64,000 bases of DNA from NCBI GenBank assembly GCA_030602805.1, contig JAUVZA010000001.1, positions 2,426 through 66,425 of the forward strand, given 5' to 3'. Source of the stretch: Dehalococcoidia bacterium. GTDB taxonomy: Bacteria; Chloroflexota; Dehalococcoidia; Dehalococcoidales; JAUVZA01. Each line of letters opens with the position of its first letter. Within the stretch, counting starts at the first letter, position 1. Both the position numbers and the translations under genes were made by a program. Of this stretch, positions 19,602 to 29,163 are shown piece after piece. Under the pieces are notes generated by a model. That model did not search any database and was not told the origin of the DNA. It saw nothing but the letters and a program-made list of their open reading frames with translations.

Positions 19602-20939
19602 TTAATATATGCTCTCGATAAAGATCGGGCTCTCAGTCAGTTTGATTGCTGAGCTGTCTGTTCTTGTTCCCTTGCCATAAATATCGGTAACCAAAACTTC
19701 TCCCGTTATCTCTGCAGGGATTTCACCAGAGCCCCATAAGACAAAGACTATTTTCCCTTCTACCATAAACTTATACTGACCCTCGGCTAACTTCTCGGCA
19801 GAGGTAAATTTGTCCAGCTTCTCAATTAAGGTCTTTAAGCCATAATAAGTTGGCCTTCTCTCCCCATTCTCATCAACCAGGGCTGACTGTTTCATAAACG
19901 GTGGCTCAAAGCGAAGCGCTTTAAAGCGCTCGTAAAAGAACTTGTCCGCCCCACAGGCAAAAGAGATTACATAGCTCTTGACAAAAATCTGACCAAGCTC
20001 CTCAGGGGAAACATCAGCGCGTGGGTAATAGAATGCGTTGGTTACCCAGATGGGCTTATCAATGCCATATTTTGACAGCAACTCCTTGAATTCAGGGACA
20101 GTCAGCTCGGTAATGGCTATCAGCTCAGTCTTGTCTAGCTCGGGGTGGCCGAATTCAGCCAGCGGCCAGACCGTCTGGATACTGGCGATATCAAAATATT
20201 GACTTCCCTTCTCGAAGATTGGCTCCCAGAAGGAAACTTGTTGGGGCTACATTGTCCCTATGGTAGCATGCAGAACCTTTGCCTCTGGGTCAGCCTCTTT
20301 CACTGCTTGGTAGATCGCTATCAAAATCTCAAGGTAGTCCTGTGATGAACCATCAAAGAAGACCAAATAGCACCCTCGGAGACTTGGTGCGAAACCAACT
20401 TGCCAATGCTTAATGGGATATTTTAGCCCTGGCATATCACCTATTCCATCACCGTCATATCTCTCCACCAGAGCCGAAACAAACCTTCGGTAAGCATCCA
20501 TATCATATGGTTTGCGGCGACTTCTGCCCATCCACTGTTCAAATTCTAACGGCTCAGTATCAGCAACCAGTCCCCAGTTAGCCTGGTCCCACTCGGCAAA
20601 CGGCCAGATTACAGCTAAAATAGCAAAATTATAACCTTGAATTTTCTGAGCTAATTTATCTACCTCTTGCCAAATATATTTCCCGCTTTCACGCTCAATC
20701 AAGCCCCAGATAAATCCGGCAGATGGGAAAGCAAGGGGTTTAGCCCACCTTATACCCACCTCAGCGATTCCATCTATACCTTGGTCGACATTAGAAATGC
20801 CGAAGTGAGAGGCTAGAATTTCCTCTGGTATTGGTGGCGTGTATCTGGGTATACCGGGTGTTTCAGCAGGCTTCGCACATGATATCAAGAGAAAAAGTAA
20901 TGTAATAGCTATTGGAGTAACTAGTTTAGCCACTTTCAC
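19602..20939 (-). pseudogene. Glycoside-hydrolase-like lipoprotein gene interrupted by a single in-frame TAG
   Basis: The track ORFs 20247-20939 and 19602-20081 are in the same frame. The 55 codons between them (20082-20246) contain no stop, and the only interruption is the TAG at 20247-20249. N-terminal lipobox LLISC. A W..E..G.Y.W pattern suggests a TIM-barrel hydrolase. Confidence 0.6.
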
Positions 20940-20980
20940 CGTTGGTTTTCCTTTTGCTAGAGCCTGTTGTGCAGGCTTTG

Positions 20981-21640
20981 TCAGCGCTGAAATGACTTGT
21001 TCATCGACAACTCAAAATGACCATTAAGCTTAGGTGAGCGTGGTGGTAAGACAAATAGTTTTATACCTCTCTTCTGGCACTCCCTCTCAAAGGCATCCTG
21101 AAACTCTGAGCCTCCATCTACCGGAATAGCTTTGATAGGAAAGGGCATCCTGCTCTCCAGGGTATCCAAGAAGTGGGCAGCGGTGCTAGCATTAGCTCGA
21201 CTATGGACACTGACCACATCCCACCGTGATATGACATCACGGGCAGTAAAGTGCTTGAGAATTATTCCGGGCAGGGGTCTCACATCTAATGTATCCACCT
21301 CTATTATATCACCTGGCTTGTTGGCTAGGTATTCTTTGGGCTTTCTTATGGCATAAGGACGCTGCCACTGTCTTTTCCTCACCATGCAGCAGTATCACCA
21401 GCTTATCCTTTCCCCATCTGGGATATTGCTCTCTTAATTTAAGTACAGCCTGAACTAGCTCCGTAGAATGGGTAGGCTGTCTTACATGCTGGGGAGGGTG
21501 AGAACGATCCTCAAGGCTCTGCAGATGCCTGGGGTTATAGCGTCTCTTCCAGCGGTAGAAGGTCTGCGGGCTGATGCCAAAATAGCGGCAGGTAAGGCGA
21601 GCATTGTCCGCCTTAGGCGGATAGTGTCACTAATCTATCT
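20981..21640 (-). mobile_element. Degraded IS481-like transposase (rve/DDE integrase core with a frameshifted HTH part)
   Basis: The 134-aa ORF has integrase-core patterns (IIEVDTLDV..., PVDGGSEF). Upstream, in another frame, is a typical HTH region (CRYFGISPQTFYRWKRRY...REQYPRWGKDKL). Both the N- and C-termini are truncated. Confidence 0.7.
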
Positions 21641-21726
21641 GAACTAGCTCATAGCATTTAGTCGGGATTTCTGTTAACATTTGGCAAGTAGTATGAGGCT
21701 TGGATTTAATCGAATGGAGGTAAGTT

Positions 21727-23931
21727 ATGTCCATTGATAGGCGGGTACTGGGAGAAGTTGCTTTAAGTGAAGCTGAGTATGAATTGATAGTCCGTAGGCT
21801 GGGTCGGGAGCCCACAATTACGGAAATAGGTATGTTTGGCTCACTGTGGAGTGAACATTGCGGATACAAGCATTCTAAGCCTTTGTTCAAGATGTTTCCA
21901 GCTCGTGGTAGGAGAGTACTGGCTGAGCTTGGAGCCGAGAATGCCGGTGTGGTGGACATTGGTGATGGGCTTGCCGTGGTGATGAAGATTGAGTCCCATA
22001 ATCACCCCTCGGCTATTGAGCCTTATCAGGGGGCGGCTAGCGGCTTGGGTGGGGTGGCAAGGGATATTCTGACGATGGGAGCTCGCCCGGTGGTAGCTAT
22101 TGACTCCTTGCGTTTTGGTCCTCTGGATAATTCCCATAGCCGTTATCTATTTAGTAAAGCCGTCGCTGGCTTTGCCGACTATGGGAATAAGCTCGGTGTT
22201 CCTACCATTGCTGGGGAGTCCTATTTTTCTCGTTCATATTCAACTAATCCGCTGGTTAATGCTATGTGCGTGGGCATCGTGGAGGTTAAGAAATTGGTTA
22301 GAGCTAGAGCCAGCGGTGTGGGTAACCTGCTGATGATAGTTGGTGCTAAAACGGGGCGAGATGGAGTTCACGGCGCTTCAGGACTGGCGTCAAAAACATT
22401 TGAGGCTGAGCCAGAGCCGAGCACCGTGGTTCAGGCCAGCGACCCAGCACTGGAGAAAATACTTATTGAAGCCTGTCTGGAGTTAGCTGACACCGACTGG
22501 ATTGTAGGTATGCAGGATTTAGGTGCTGCTGGTTTAACTAGCTCAGCAGTGGAGACGGCGGCCAGAGCCGGTAATGGTGTGGAGCTTGATGTGCTTAAGG
22601 TACCTCGCCGGGAGGCAGGTATGACTCCTTATGAGATTATGCTCTCTGAGACACAGGAGCGGATGCTGGTAATAGTAAAAAAGGAGTATCAGGGTGAGGT
22701 AACTAACTTGTTCCACCGCTGGGGACTTCGCTGTGATGTTATCGGCAAGGTTACTGACGATGGGCTGGCTAGAGTTAAAGAGGGTGAAGTAGTGGTAGCC
22801 GAGGCCCCGGTAAAGATACTCACTGACCCGCCGATGTATAGTTATCAAGTGAGGAAACCGGCGTGGTTAAGACGACTTCAGTCACTTGACCTAGGGAATA
22901 TTCCTGACCTCACTCCTGAGACAGCTCAATCCGTTTTTCTTGAGTTGCTGGCATCACCCAATATTTGCGGTCGGGGATGGGTATTCCGTCATTCTGATCA
23001 AGCTAACCAAGCTGGCGTTGTTGTTCCCCCTGGCGGTGATGGTGGGGTACTGAGCATACCCGGCAGTAATAAAGGTCTTTCATTTACCGTGGATGGGAAT
23101 GGACGCTACTGTTACCTTGACCCCTATATTGGTGGGATTATAGCCGTGGCTGAGGCGGCGCGAAATCTGGTATGCACCGGTGCCAAGCCTCTGGCTGTTA
23201 CCGATTGCCTCAACCTGGGCAAACCGGAGAGTAAGGATGTTTATTACCAGCTTAAAGAGTCTATCCGTGGCATAGGTAGAGCTTGCCGTAAATTGAATAT
23301 TCAGGTAATTAGCGGCAATGTTAGCCTGTATAATGAGGGTAAGGAAGGAGCCATCTACCCCACGCCTATATGCGGCATGTTGGGTTTAATTGAGAATATA
23401 AGCCAGCGTTGCGATATGAGTTTTGTTGACGAGGGTGACCAGGTGTTCTTATTAGGTGGTGGCTTTGATAACAAAGGGCCGGGGGGTAGCGAATACCTTG
23501 AATTGATTCATGGTTTGGTTCAAGGCAGACCCTACATTAACCTTGACCTGGAGAAGAGGGTGCAAACTTGCTGCTTGAAGCTTATTAAACAGGGTGTTGT
23601 TAGCTCAGCTCATGATTGTTCTGAAGGTGGGCTGGCGATTACCCTGGCTGAGTGCTGTTTATGTGGGGGGCTTGGTTTTAAGGGAGAGAGATGGCAGTTT
23701 GAGGGAAGGGTAGATGCTGCCTTATTTGGAGAGGTGCAGTCGAGAATTATAGTCTCGGTGAAACCGGAAAAGATTAAACAGCTGGAGGCAATAGCTTCCG
23801 CCAACCATGTGCCTGTTACTAGATTAGGCACGGTAGGGGGAAAGCGGTTTACTATTGAGGGTTACATAGACCTCCCTCTGGAGCGGATTGAACCGGTATG
23901 GCGGGAGAGTCTGGAGAAAATGCTGGGTTAA
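21727..23931 (+). CDS. purL: Phosphoribosylformylglycinamidine synthase subunit PurL
   Basis: 734 aa. EIGMFGSLWSEHCGYKHSK and ESHNHPSAIEPYQGAA motifs, with the duplicated AIR-synthase-like architecture. Confidence 0.95.
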   Translation: MSIDRRVLGEVALSEAEYELIVRRLGREPTITEIGMFGSLWSEHCGYKHSKPLFKMFPARGRRVLAELGAENAGVVDIGDGLAVVMKIESHNHPSAIEPYQGAASGLGGVARDILTMGARPVVAIDSLRFGPLDNSHSRYLFSKAVAGFADYGNKLGVPTIAGESYFSRSYSTNPLVNAMCVGIVEVKKLVRARASGVGNLLMIVGAKTGRDGVHGASGLASKTFEAEPEPSTVVQASDPALEKILIEACLELADTDWIVGMQDLGAAGLTSSAVETAARAGNGVELDVLKVPRREAGMTPYEIMLSETQERMLVIVKKEYQGEVTNLFHRWGLRCDVIGKVTDDGLARVKEGEVVVAEAPVKILTDPPMYSYQVRKPAWLRRLQSLDLGNIPDLTPETAQSVFLELLASPNICGRGWVFRHSDQANQAGVVVPPGGDGGVLSIPGSNKGLSFTVDGNGRYCYLDPYIGGIIAVAEAARNLVCTGAKPLAVTDCLNLGKPESKDVYYQLKESIRGIGRACRKLNIQVISGNVSLYNEGKEGAIYPTPICGMLGLIENISQRCDMSFVDEGDQVFLLGGGFDNKGPGGSEYLELIHGLVQGRPYINLDLEKRVQTCCLKLIKQGVVSSAHDCSEGGLAITLAECCLCGGLGFKGERWQFEGRVDAALFGEVQSRIIVSVKPEKIKQLEAIASANHVPVTRLGTVGGKRFTIEGYIDLPLERIEPVWRESLEKMLG

Positions 23932-23971
23932 TATTTTGGCCAAGCAGTATGGCGACGGCTTCCAGATTTTC

Positions 23972-24613
23972 CTAAACGCGGTCAAGTGGGCTAGGGGTTT
24001 GTAGAGAGTGCTTCTTCGCTTCCTCTAATACTTCCTTTTGAGCCTCAAGGTAGGCAATGTAAGCTTTCTCAGCTCGTTCCATAGACTCGTCGAAGGGTTT
24101 GATTGCACGCACCGCTGCCTGGCTTCGGTTTGCCAGGTGCAGCTTCTCCATAATATTCCGCAGGTGGGTCTTTACCGTATTCTCGGAAATGCACAGGGAA
24201 TCAGCAATTTTATTATTGGTCGCTCCTTGAGCCACCAGTTGCAGCACCTCTCCCTCTCGTGGGCTCAAGTCAGCATTAGCTCCCTGAACGGTATTGGTAG
24301 AAATGTATAGAGGCTTAAGCAAAAAGGAGGGGGGCAGAAAGGAGGGCCAGTTTTCTTGCTCAATTGCCAATTTTAGGACTTGTCGCGCGTATGTAGAAGG
24401 TCCCGTTCCCAATTTAGCTGCCATATCTCGTAATCGTGTTAACTCTTCACCAGTGAGGCGAATAGATAGGAACGAAGACCGCTTTTGGTCAGGTTTGGGT
24501 CTGTGTATTCTCCCTTTGTGGCCTTTAGCTAGCGGGCCGTGTGCTTCCCAGTATTCTCTTTCTTCCTCGAGTGATTTAAATTCTGGAATTTTAGTCTCAC
24601 CTTTTATATTCAT
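23972..24613 (-). CDS. BrnA-like antitoxin (RHH) fused to a C-terminal LuxR-type HTH
   Basis: The N-terminal 85 aa (EEEREYWEAH...SIRLTGEELTRLRDMAAKLG..YARQVLKLAI) match the BrnA pattern. Residues 117-170 or so (LSPREGEVLQLVAQGATNNKIADSL.ISENTVKTHLRNIMEKL) form a LuxR HTH. Confidence 0.7.
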   Translation of the reverse strand: MNIKGETKIPEFKSLEEEREYWEAHGPLAKGHKGRIHRPKPDQKRSSFLSIRLTGEELTRLRDMAAKLGTGPSTYARQVLKLAIEQENWPSFLPPSFLLKPLYISTNTVQGANADLSPREGEVLQLVAQGATNNKIADSLCISENTVKTHLRNIMEKLHLANRSQAAVRAIKPFDESMERAEKAYIAYLEAQKEVLEEAKKHSLQTPSPLDRV

Positions 24614-24622
24614 AGCTCACTC

Positions 24623-24895
24623 CTAATGCCTTAGTCTTTTCCTATATCTACGTTTATATTTTTCGCTCATCTCAAAAGCTGTTATTGGCTTGAATAATCC
24701 CTTGTATACTCGCTCAATTACTACGTTTAGATACCTGCCATTTGCGGATTGCCCACTTAGAATGTATCTTCCGTTTCCTTCCTTTCTAATGATGTGAGTC
24801 CCAAAGCAGACATCCTCAACTTCCTGCGGGTTTACATTGTGTTTAGAAATGTGTTCAATATTTTCATCATCCCAGTAAAGACTTTCAATATTCAT
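24623..24895 (-). CDS. brnT: BrnT-family (DUF497) toxin
   Basis: 90 aa. The LYWDDENIEHISKHNV..EVEDV...RY.L.G.S.NGRYL.VV pattern is typical of BrnT. It lies 9 nt upstream of the antitoxin. Confidence 0.75.
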   Translation of the reverse strand: MNIESLYWDDENIEHISKHNVNPQEVEDVCFGTHIIRKEGNGRYILSGQSANGRYLNVVIERVYKGLFKPITAFEMSEKYKRRYRKRLRH

Positions 24896-24936
24896 ACATT
24901 TCTGCCTTATGAGTGTAACACAATGTCACACTTTTG

Positions 24937-26562
24937 TCAAGCCTTGTCAAGCTTTTTATATGTGTCTTGGCCTATAGCTCTGTTCAACTCCGCCTTAAGG
25001 TGACCGGATTCAGTGCCTAAATCCAGTATTGCCCAGGGCAGCTTTTCACTGGTATCCCACCTCTGGTGAGCATAGAAATCAATATCTAAATGGCATTTTT
25101 CTACGGCTTTACGCCAGCCAGCCAGTGACACCTCTTCTATACTAGCTAGTACCTTGGCTAATTTAATATCCCCTCGGGCTAGAATCCCTTGAACCTGGCT
25201 CCAGGCTGGGCTTTCACTTTTAACCTTAATTCCTTTAGGTGCCAGGCTGTTTTTGAGTAGAGACAAGCGGCGATTCAGAATTGAGGGTTGGGTCATCGGC
25301 AACCATTGAAAAGATGTGCCTGCCTTGGGCACAAAGGGGGCAATATTGAGACTAAGGCGACAGCCGGGTTGCTGCCTATCAAGGATATTCTTGCCACTGA
25401 GGGCTAGCTTTATGATTGCCTCTATATCCTCATCAGTTTCTGAGGGTAAGCCAATCATGAAGTAGAGCTTGAGCTGTTTTATTCCTTCTTCAGCCACTTT
25501 GCCTATTGACTCCAGAATATCGTCCTCGGAGACACCCTTTCTTATAACTTGGCGCAGGCGTTGGGAGCCAGCCTCAGGGGCGAGGGTGATGGTTCGCGCT
25601 CCCCCTTTAGCCATCTCCCTCAATACAATGCGGGAAAGGGGCTTCACCCGTAAAGAGCTGATGGAGAGTCCAGCCCCCATCTGACGCAGCTTAACCAGCA
25701 ACTCCTCAAGCTGGGGGTAGTCCGAAACAGCCGGTCCGACTAATCCTATGCGTCTTCTGTATTTAAGTCCTAGCTTAGCCTGAGCTATTAGCTTGTCTAT
25801 AGAGCGAAAGCGCATAGGGCGAAAGGCGTTGCTGACCAAGCAAAAGCGGCAACCCCAGTTGCAGCCCCGCTCCACCTCTATGAGGTATAGGTTACCTAGC
25901 TCAGTGTCTGGGGTGAGGATGGTAGAGGTGGTAGGAAAGTCATCCAGACTGCTTGCCCACTGGCGAACCACGGGAGTTCCAGAGGATGCTAAAGGCACAT
26001 AAGCGCCAGGTAATGAGGCTAGCTCCTTAAGCAGCTCATCACGCTTATCGCCAATTCCCTCAGATAGTATAGGGAGCATGGCAGGGAGTATTGGTTCTGC
26101 CTCACCGATGCATAGGCAATCAAAGAAGGGTGACAGAGGCAGGGGGTTAGCTATGATGCAGGGACCACCAGCTATAACCAGTGGATGCCTCTCATCACGG
26201 TCAGCAGCATATAGAGGTATGCCACTGGCTCTAAGAATTTGCACTACATTGAAGTAGTCAAGTTCATAGGTGATAGAAAAGGCGAGGACAGCAAAATCTG
26301 AAAGCGGTCGCTGAGATTCCAGGCTTAAGGGGGGTAGTTGCTCAGCCCGGTTGTCTCTTCCCCAGAAGGCTCTTTCACAAACGACCTCACTGTAGCTATT
26401 TAAGAGGCTATAGATAGCGTGAAGTCCCAGGTTGGACATGCCTATGTAGTAGGCGTTAGGGTAGATAAGGGCGATGGGTATTCTACCCCCCCAATCTTTA
26501 ATAATAGTGCCTTGTTCTCGGGAAAGTTGCTGCTTGGCTTTTTTAATTTTATCCCAGCTCAT
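24937..26562 (-). CDS. B12-binding-domain radical SAM protein
   Basis: 541 aa. N-terminal B12-like domain (ALIYPNAYYIGMSNLGLHAIY) and radical SAM motif ERGCNWGCRFC. Confidence 0.8.
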   Translation of the reverse strand: MSWDKIKKAKQQLSREQGTIIKDWGGRIPIALIYPNAYYIGMSNLGLHAIYSLLNSYSEVVCERAFWGRDNRAEQLPPLSLESQRPLSDFAVLAFSITYELDYFNVVQILRASGIPLYAADRDERHPLVIAGGPCIIANPLPLSPFFDCLCIGEAEPILPAMLPILSEGIGDKRDELLKELASLPGAYVPLASSGTPVVRQWASSLDDFPTTSTILTPDTELGNLYLIEVERGCNWGCRFCLVSNAFRPMRFRSIDKLIAQAKLGLKYRRRIGLVGPAVSDYPQLEELLVKLRQMGAGLSISSLRVKPLSRIVLREMAKGGARTITLAPEAGSQRLRQVIRKGVSEDDILESIGKVAEEGIKQLKLYFMIGLPSETDEDIEAIIKLALSGKNILDRQQPGCRLSLNIAPFVPKAGTSFQWLPMTQPSILNRRLSLLKNSLAPKGIKVKSESPAWSQVQGILARGDIKLAKVLASIEEVSLAGWRKAVEKCHLDIDFYAHQRWDTSEKLPWAILDLGTESGHLKAELNRAIGQDTYKKLDKA

Positions 26563-27475
26563 GCTCTTTCACTAACTCTTTGTTTATTTCCAGCAAGCTA
26601 TGTCATCATACAACTATGAGATAAAGTATTCCATCGGCACAAACTTTAGTTGAAGAAGTGCTAAAACTTAACCCGGACCTCGATGTCAATTCGCTTCACG
26701 ACGAGGTTTTTAGGCTCATGGTCAATTATAGGTCAAAATATTATGAGGCTAGCGTTGATTTATTCCTGTCCAAGCTTGATTTACCTAACAGGTTACGGAG
26801 ACAAATAAAGCAAAAAATGCTTGAACCGGTGACGTGGAAGATAAAGAATACAGCAACTTCATGGAAGAGGTATCACGCGCGTAAGTCAGGCTTTCCAGCC
26901 CATTTCGGGCAGTGTTGCCGAGCTATGCGCTGAAAGAGAATTAACCAGGATTGGCTTAGTTAAGGGATTCAACTATACAATAGAGCGTGGGCCAACGAAT
27001 ATAATCGTCTATTACCCTAAGAGGCTAAGAGGCTGCCTAAAAAGTCTGTGCCCCCAGCTTTGAGTGGGAAAATGGCCAGCTTCATAAAATCGCATTTTAG
27101 AGCTTTTTGGACAGCCTGAAAAGGAATTTACATCCAGAAGCAGATACACAATTGTCTTCTCACGGTGGGAAATTGAACAAGAGAGGAATTGTTAGGTCAC
27201 AATCCGATGAATTGTGTCCTAGGCAGTAAGCTATTCAACTCAGAGCAAGCAACTCTGAAGAGACTCGGTACGCTGGTGCACTTACGGCAGTGAGAAGCGA
27301 GCAGTTATGAGTAAGTATAGTTCCCGAGCGGGTCGCCAGCGGTGATATTATTGCTTGCGTATTTGAGGGGGAAAGATACCGATTTTGCTGAGGTGATGGC
27401 GCGGGACTGTAACTGGTCGAGCTGATTGTGTATGTTAAATGGACTATGTTAAGGTCTCATAATCCCTTTGTTAGC

Positions 27476-28291
27476 CTATCCTCCGGCCTCGCCATTTTTA
27501 AGGGTTACAAAGATGGTCTTCCTAACCCTAGTTTTTGGTCTTGGTATGGCGGCGACTTTCTTGAAAAGGCTGGGGTCTGCCTCCCCTGTCAGCGGTTTTT
27601 CTCCTATCGTTCCTACCTCGGACATCTCTCCCAATTTATTTAGGATATTCGCCAGCGGGGTAGGCTTTGGTAAGGCGATTGTAATGGCAGTGTCTCCCTT
27701 CCAAGAACCAACCATTTGCAGCAGGCGGGACTGAAACATCTCCTCCACTCGACTAACGAATCTTATCAACTGGTTAGCATCAACAGGTGGAGGTATAACC
27801 ATCTGCACCTCGTCAGGCATGGGGCCATTGTGCTCTTGCAGAAGGCTCCCTTTTGCCTTTTTGCCGAATCTCTCTTCATACTCAATTCGGGGTTGAGCTG
27901 TAATACTCTCACTAATCACTACTTCCCCATGGTGAACCTGCCTAATAGCTTGGGTAATTTCCGCACGCTTTGCATCTTTGAGGAGGTAACCTACTACCCC
28001 AGCCTCAATAGCCTCAGCCAGGTACTCATCATATAAAGTCAACATAATGACATTGCAGAAGGGTTGGTTCTCCCTTAGCTGTCGAGTAAGCTCAATTCCG
28101 TCCACCCCGGGCATCTTAATATCCATAAGAACAATGTTCGGGGAAAGCCTTTCTACCTGGGACAGGGCTTCTAAACCATCGGCGCTTTGGCCTACTACTT
28201 CCATATCCTCTTCTTGTTTCAGCATGTGCTGCAAACCCTCACGCACAACCTGGTGGTCATCAACTAAGAGAATCCGAATATCTTTCTCCAT
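27476..28291 (-). CDS. Response regulator: receiver domain plus an uncharacterised C-terminal 'GSW' domain
   Basis: The REC domain has DD, D(MDIKMP) and K(LLKD). The C-terminal 110 aa or so (VQMVIPPPVDANQLIRF...GSWKGDTAITIALPKPTPL...TIFVTLK) are shared with 34990-35808 and 37252-38556. Confidence 0.8.
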   Translation of the reverse strand: MEKDIRILLVDDHQVVREGLQHMLKQEEDMEVVGQSADGLEALSQVERLSPNIVLMDIKMPGVDGIELTRQLRENQPFCNVIMLTLYDEYLAEAIEAGVVGYLLKDAKRAEITQAIRQVHHGEVVISESITAQPRIEYEERFGKKAKGSLLQEHNGPMPDEVQMVIPPPVDANQLIRFVSRVEEMFQSRLLQMVGSWKGDTAITIALPKPTPLANILNKLGEMSEVGTIGEKPLTGEADPSLFKKVAAIPRPKTRVRKTIFVTLKNGEAGG

Positions 28292-28533
28292 CCTAACCCT
28301 CCATCCGTGTAGTTGAAAAAGCCAATGTAGTTATAGGACAATTTATGCCCGTTAATGATACCCCTTTAATACCAACTTCGGAAGTCCCAAAGGGATAAAT
28401 CTATGAGCCAAAAGGGTCAGTTTAATGAGCCTGAAGGTTCACATAGGTAGAGAGCTTACTTATTGAATTGGTGCGATGGAAGCAACTAAAAGAGACCCAC
28501 AGGCAAGGTCCTTTAAGAAGGGGTGCCGAGGTG

Positions 28534-29163
28534 TTAAATCAGCCTTCTTTTGTAAGCCTCTGATACCGCCTCGGAGCGATTGTAGACCCCCAGTTTTTCG
28601 AAGATGCGGTGCACGCTTCTCTTAACAGAGGCCTGGCTTAAAAAAAGCTGGTTAGCAATCTCTTTGGTGGTTACACCATCGGCAATCATTCGTAGGATAG
28701 TCAATTCTCGCTCTGACAGGTAAGCTCGCTGTTTGCCCTCAGCCGGAGCGACAAGCTCAGTTAATCGGTCTCGACTGAGAGATAGATTGAGTGGCGAGCG
28801 GCCCTGATGGACGGCTCGGATAGCTCTTGCCAGTTCCTCACGCTTAACATCCTTAAGCAGGTAACCTACTGCCCCAGCCTCAATAGCCTCAGTCAGGTAC
28901 TCATCATATAGAGTCAACATAATAATATTGCAGGAGGGCTGTTTCTCCTTTAGCTGTCGAGTAAGCTCAATCCCGTCCATCCCAGGCATCTTAATGTCCA
29001 TAAGGATGACCTCCGGGGAGAGCAGTTCTACTTGAGTGAGCGCCTCTTTGGCATCGCTTGCCTCACCTACCACCTCCATATCTGCTTCAAGCTCCAGCAT
29101 ATGCCGCAGCCCCTCACGCACGACTTGATGGTCATCAACCAGAAGTATCCGGATAGTGTCCAT
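28534..29163 (-). CDS. NarL/FixJ-family response regulator (REC + LuxR HTH)
   Basis: 209 aa. Canonical REC residues and the C-terminal HTH LSERELTILRMIADGVTTKEIANQLFLSQASVKRSV. The start abuts the kinase stop. Confidence 0.9.
   Translation of the reverse strand: MDTIRILLVDDHQVVREGLRHMLELEADMEVVGEASDAKEALTQVELLSPEVILMDIKMPGMDGIELTRQLKEKQPSCNIIMLTLYDEYLTEAIEAGAVGYLLKDVKREELARAIRAVHQGRSPLNLSLSRDRLTELVAPAEGKQRAYLSERELTILRMIADGVTTKEIANQLFLSQASVKRSVHRIFEKLGVYNRSEAVSEAYKRRLI

Noticed and set aside
20247-20249. In-frame TAG as pyrrolysine or other programmed recoding
   Set aside because: TAG is used as an ordinary stop by confident genes in this window (for example 42595-43734 and 44477-45055). No pyl genes are visible and no downstream PYLIS-like structure was noticed. 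A nonsense mutation or a sequencing error is more parsimonious.
21630-21959. 109-aa minus-strand ORF overlapping the purL start
   Set aside because: It is antisense to purL, which is unambiguous, and has no motifs.
27050-27430. Group II intron fragment or retron ncRNA (a GTGCC start resembling the GUGYG consensus)
   Set aside because: The 5' consensus is not matched exactly. No domain V-like hairpin and no reverse-transcriptase ORF was found.
28420-28443. Sigma-54 promoter within the shared GGCTCATTAA(A/T)CTGA motif
   Set aside because: The GG and GC dinucleotides are not at the required -24/-12 spacing (TGGCAC-N5-TTGC). No enhancer-binding-protein gene is present in the window.
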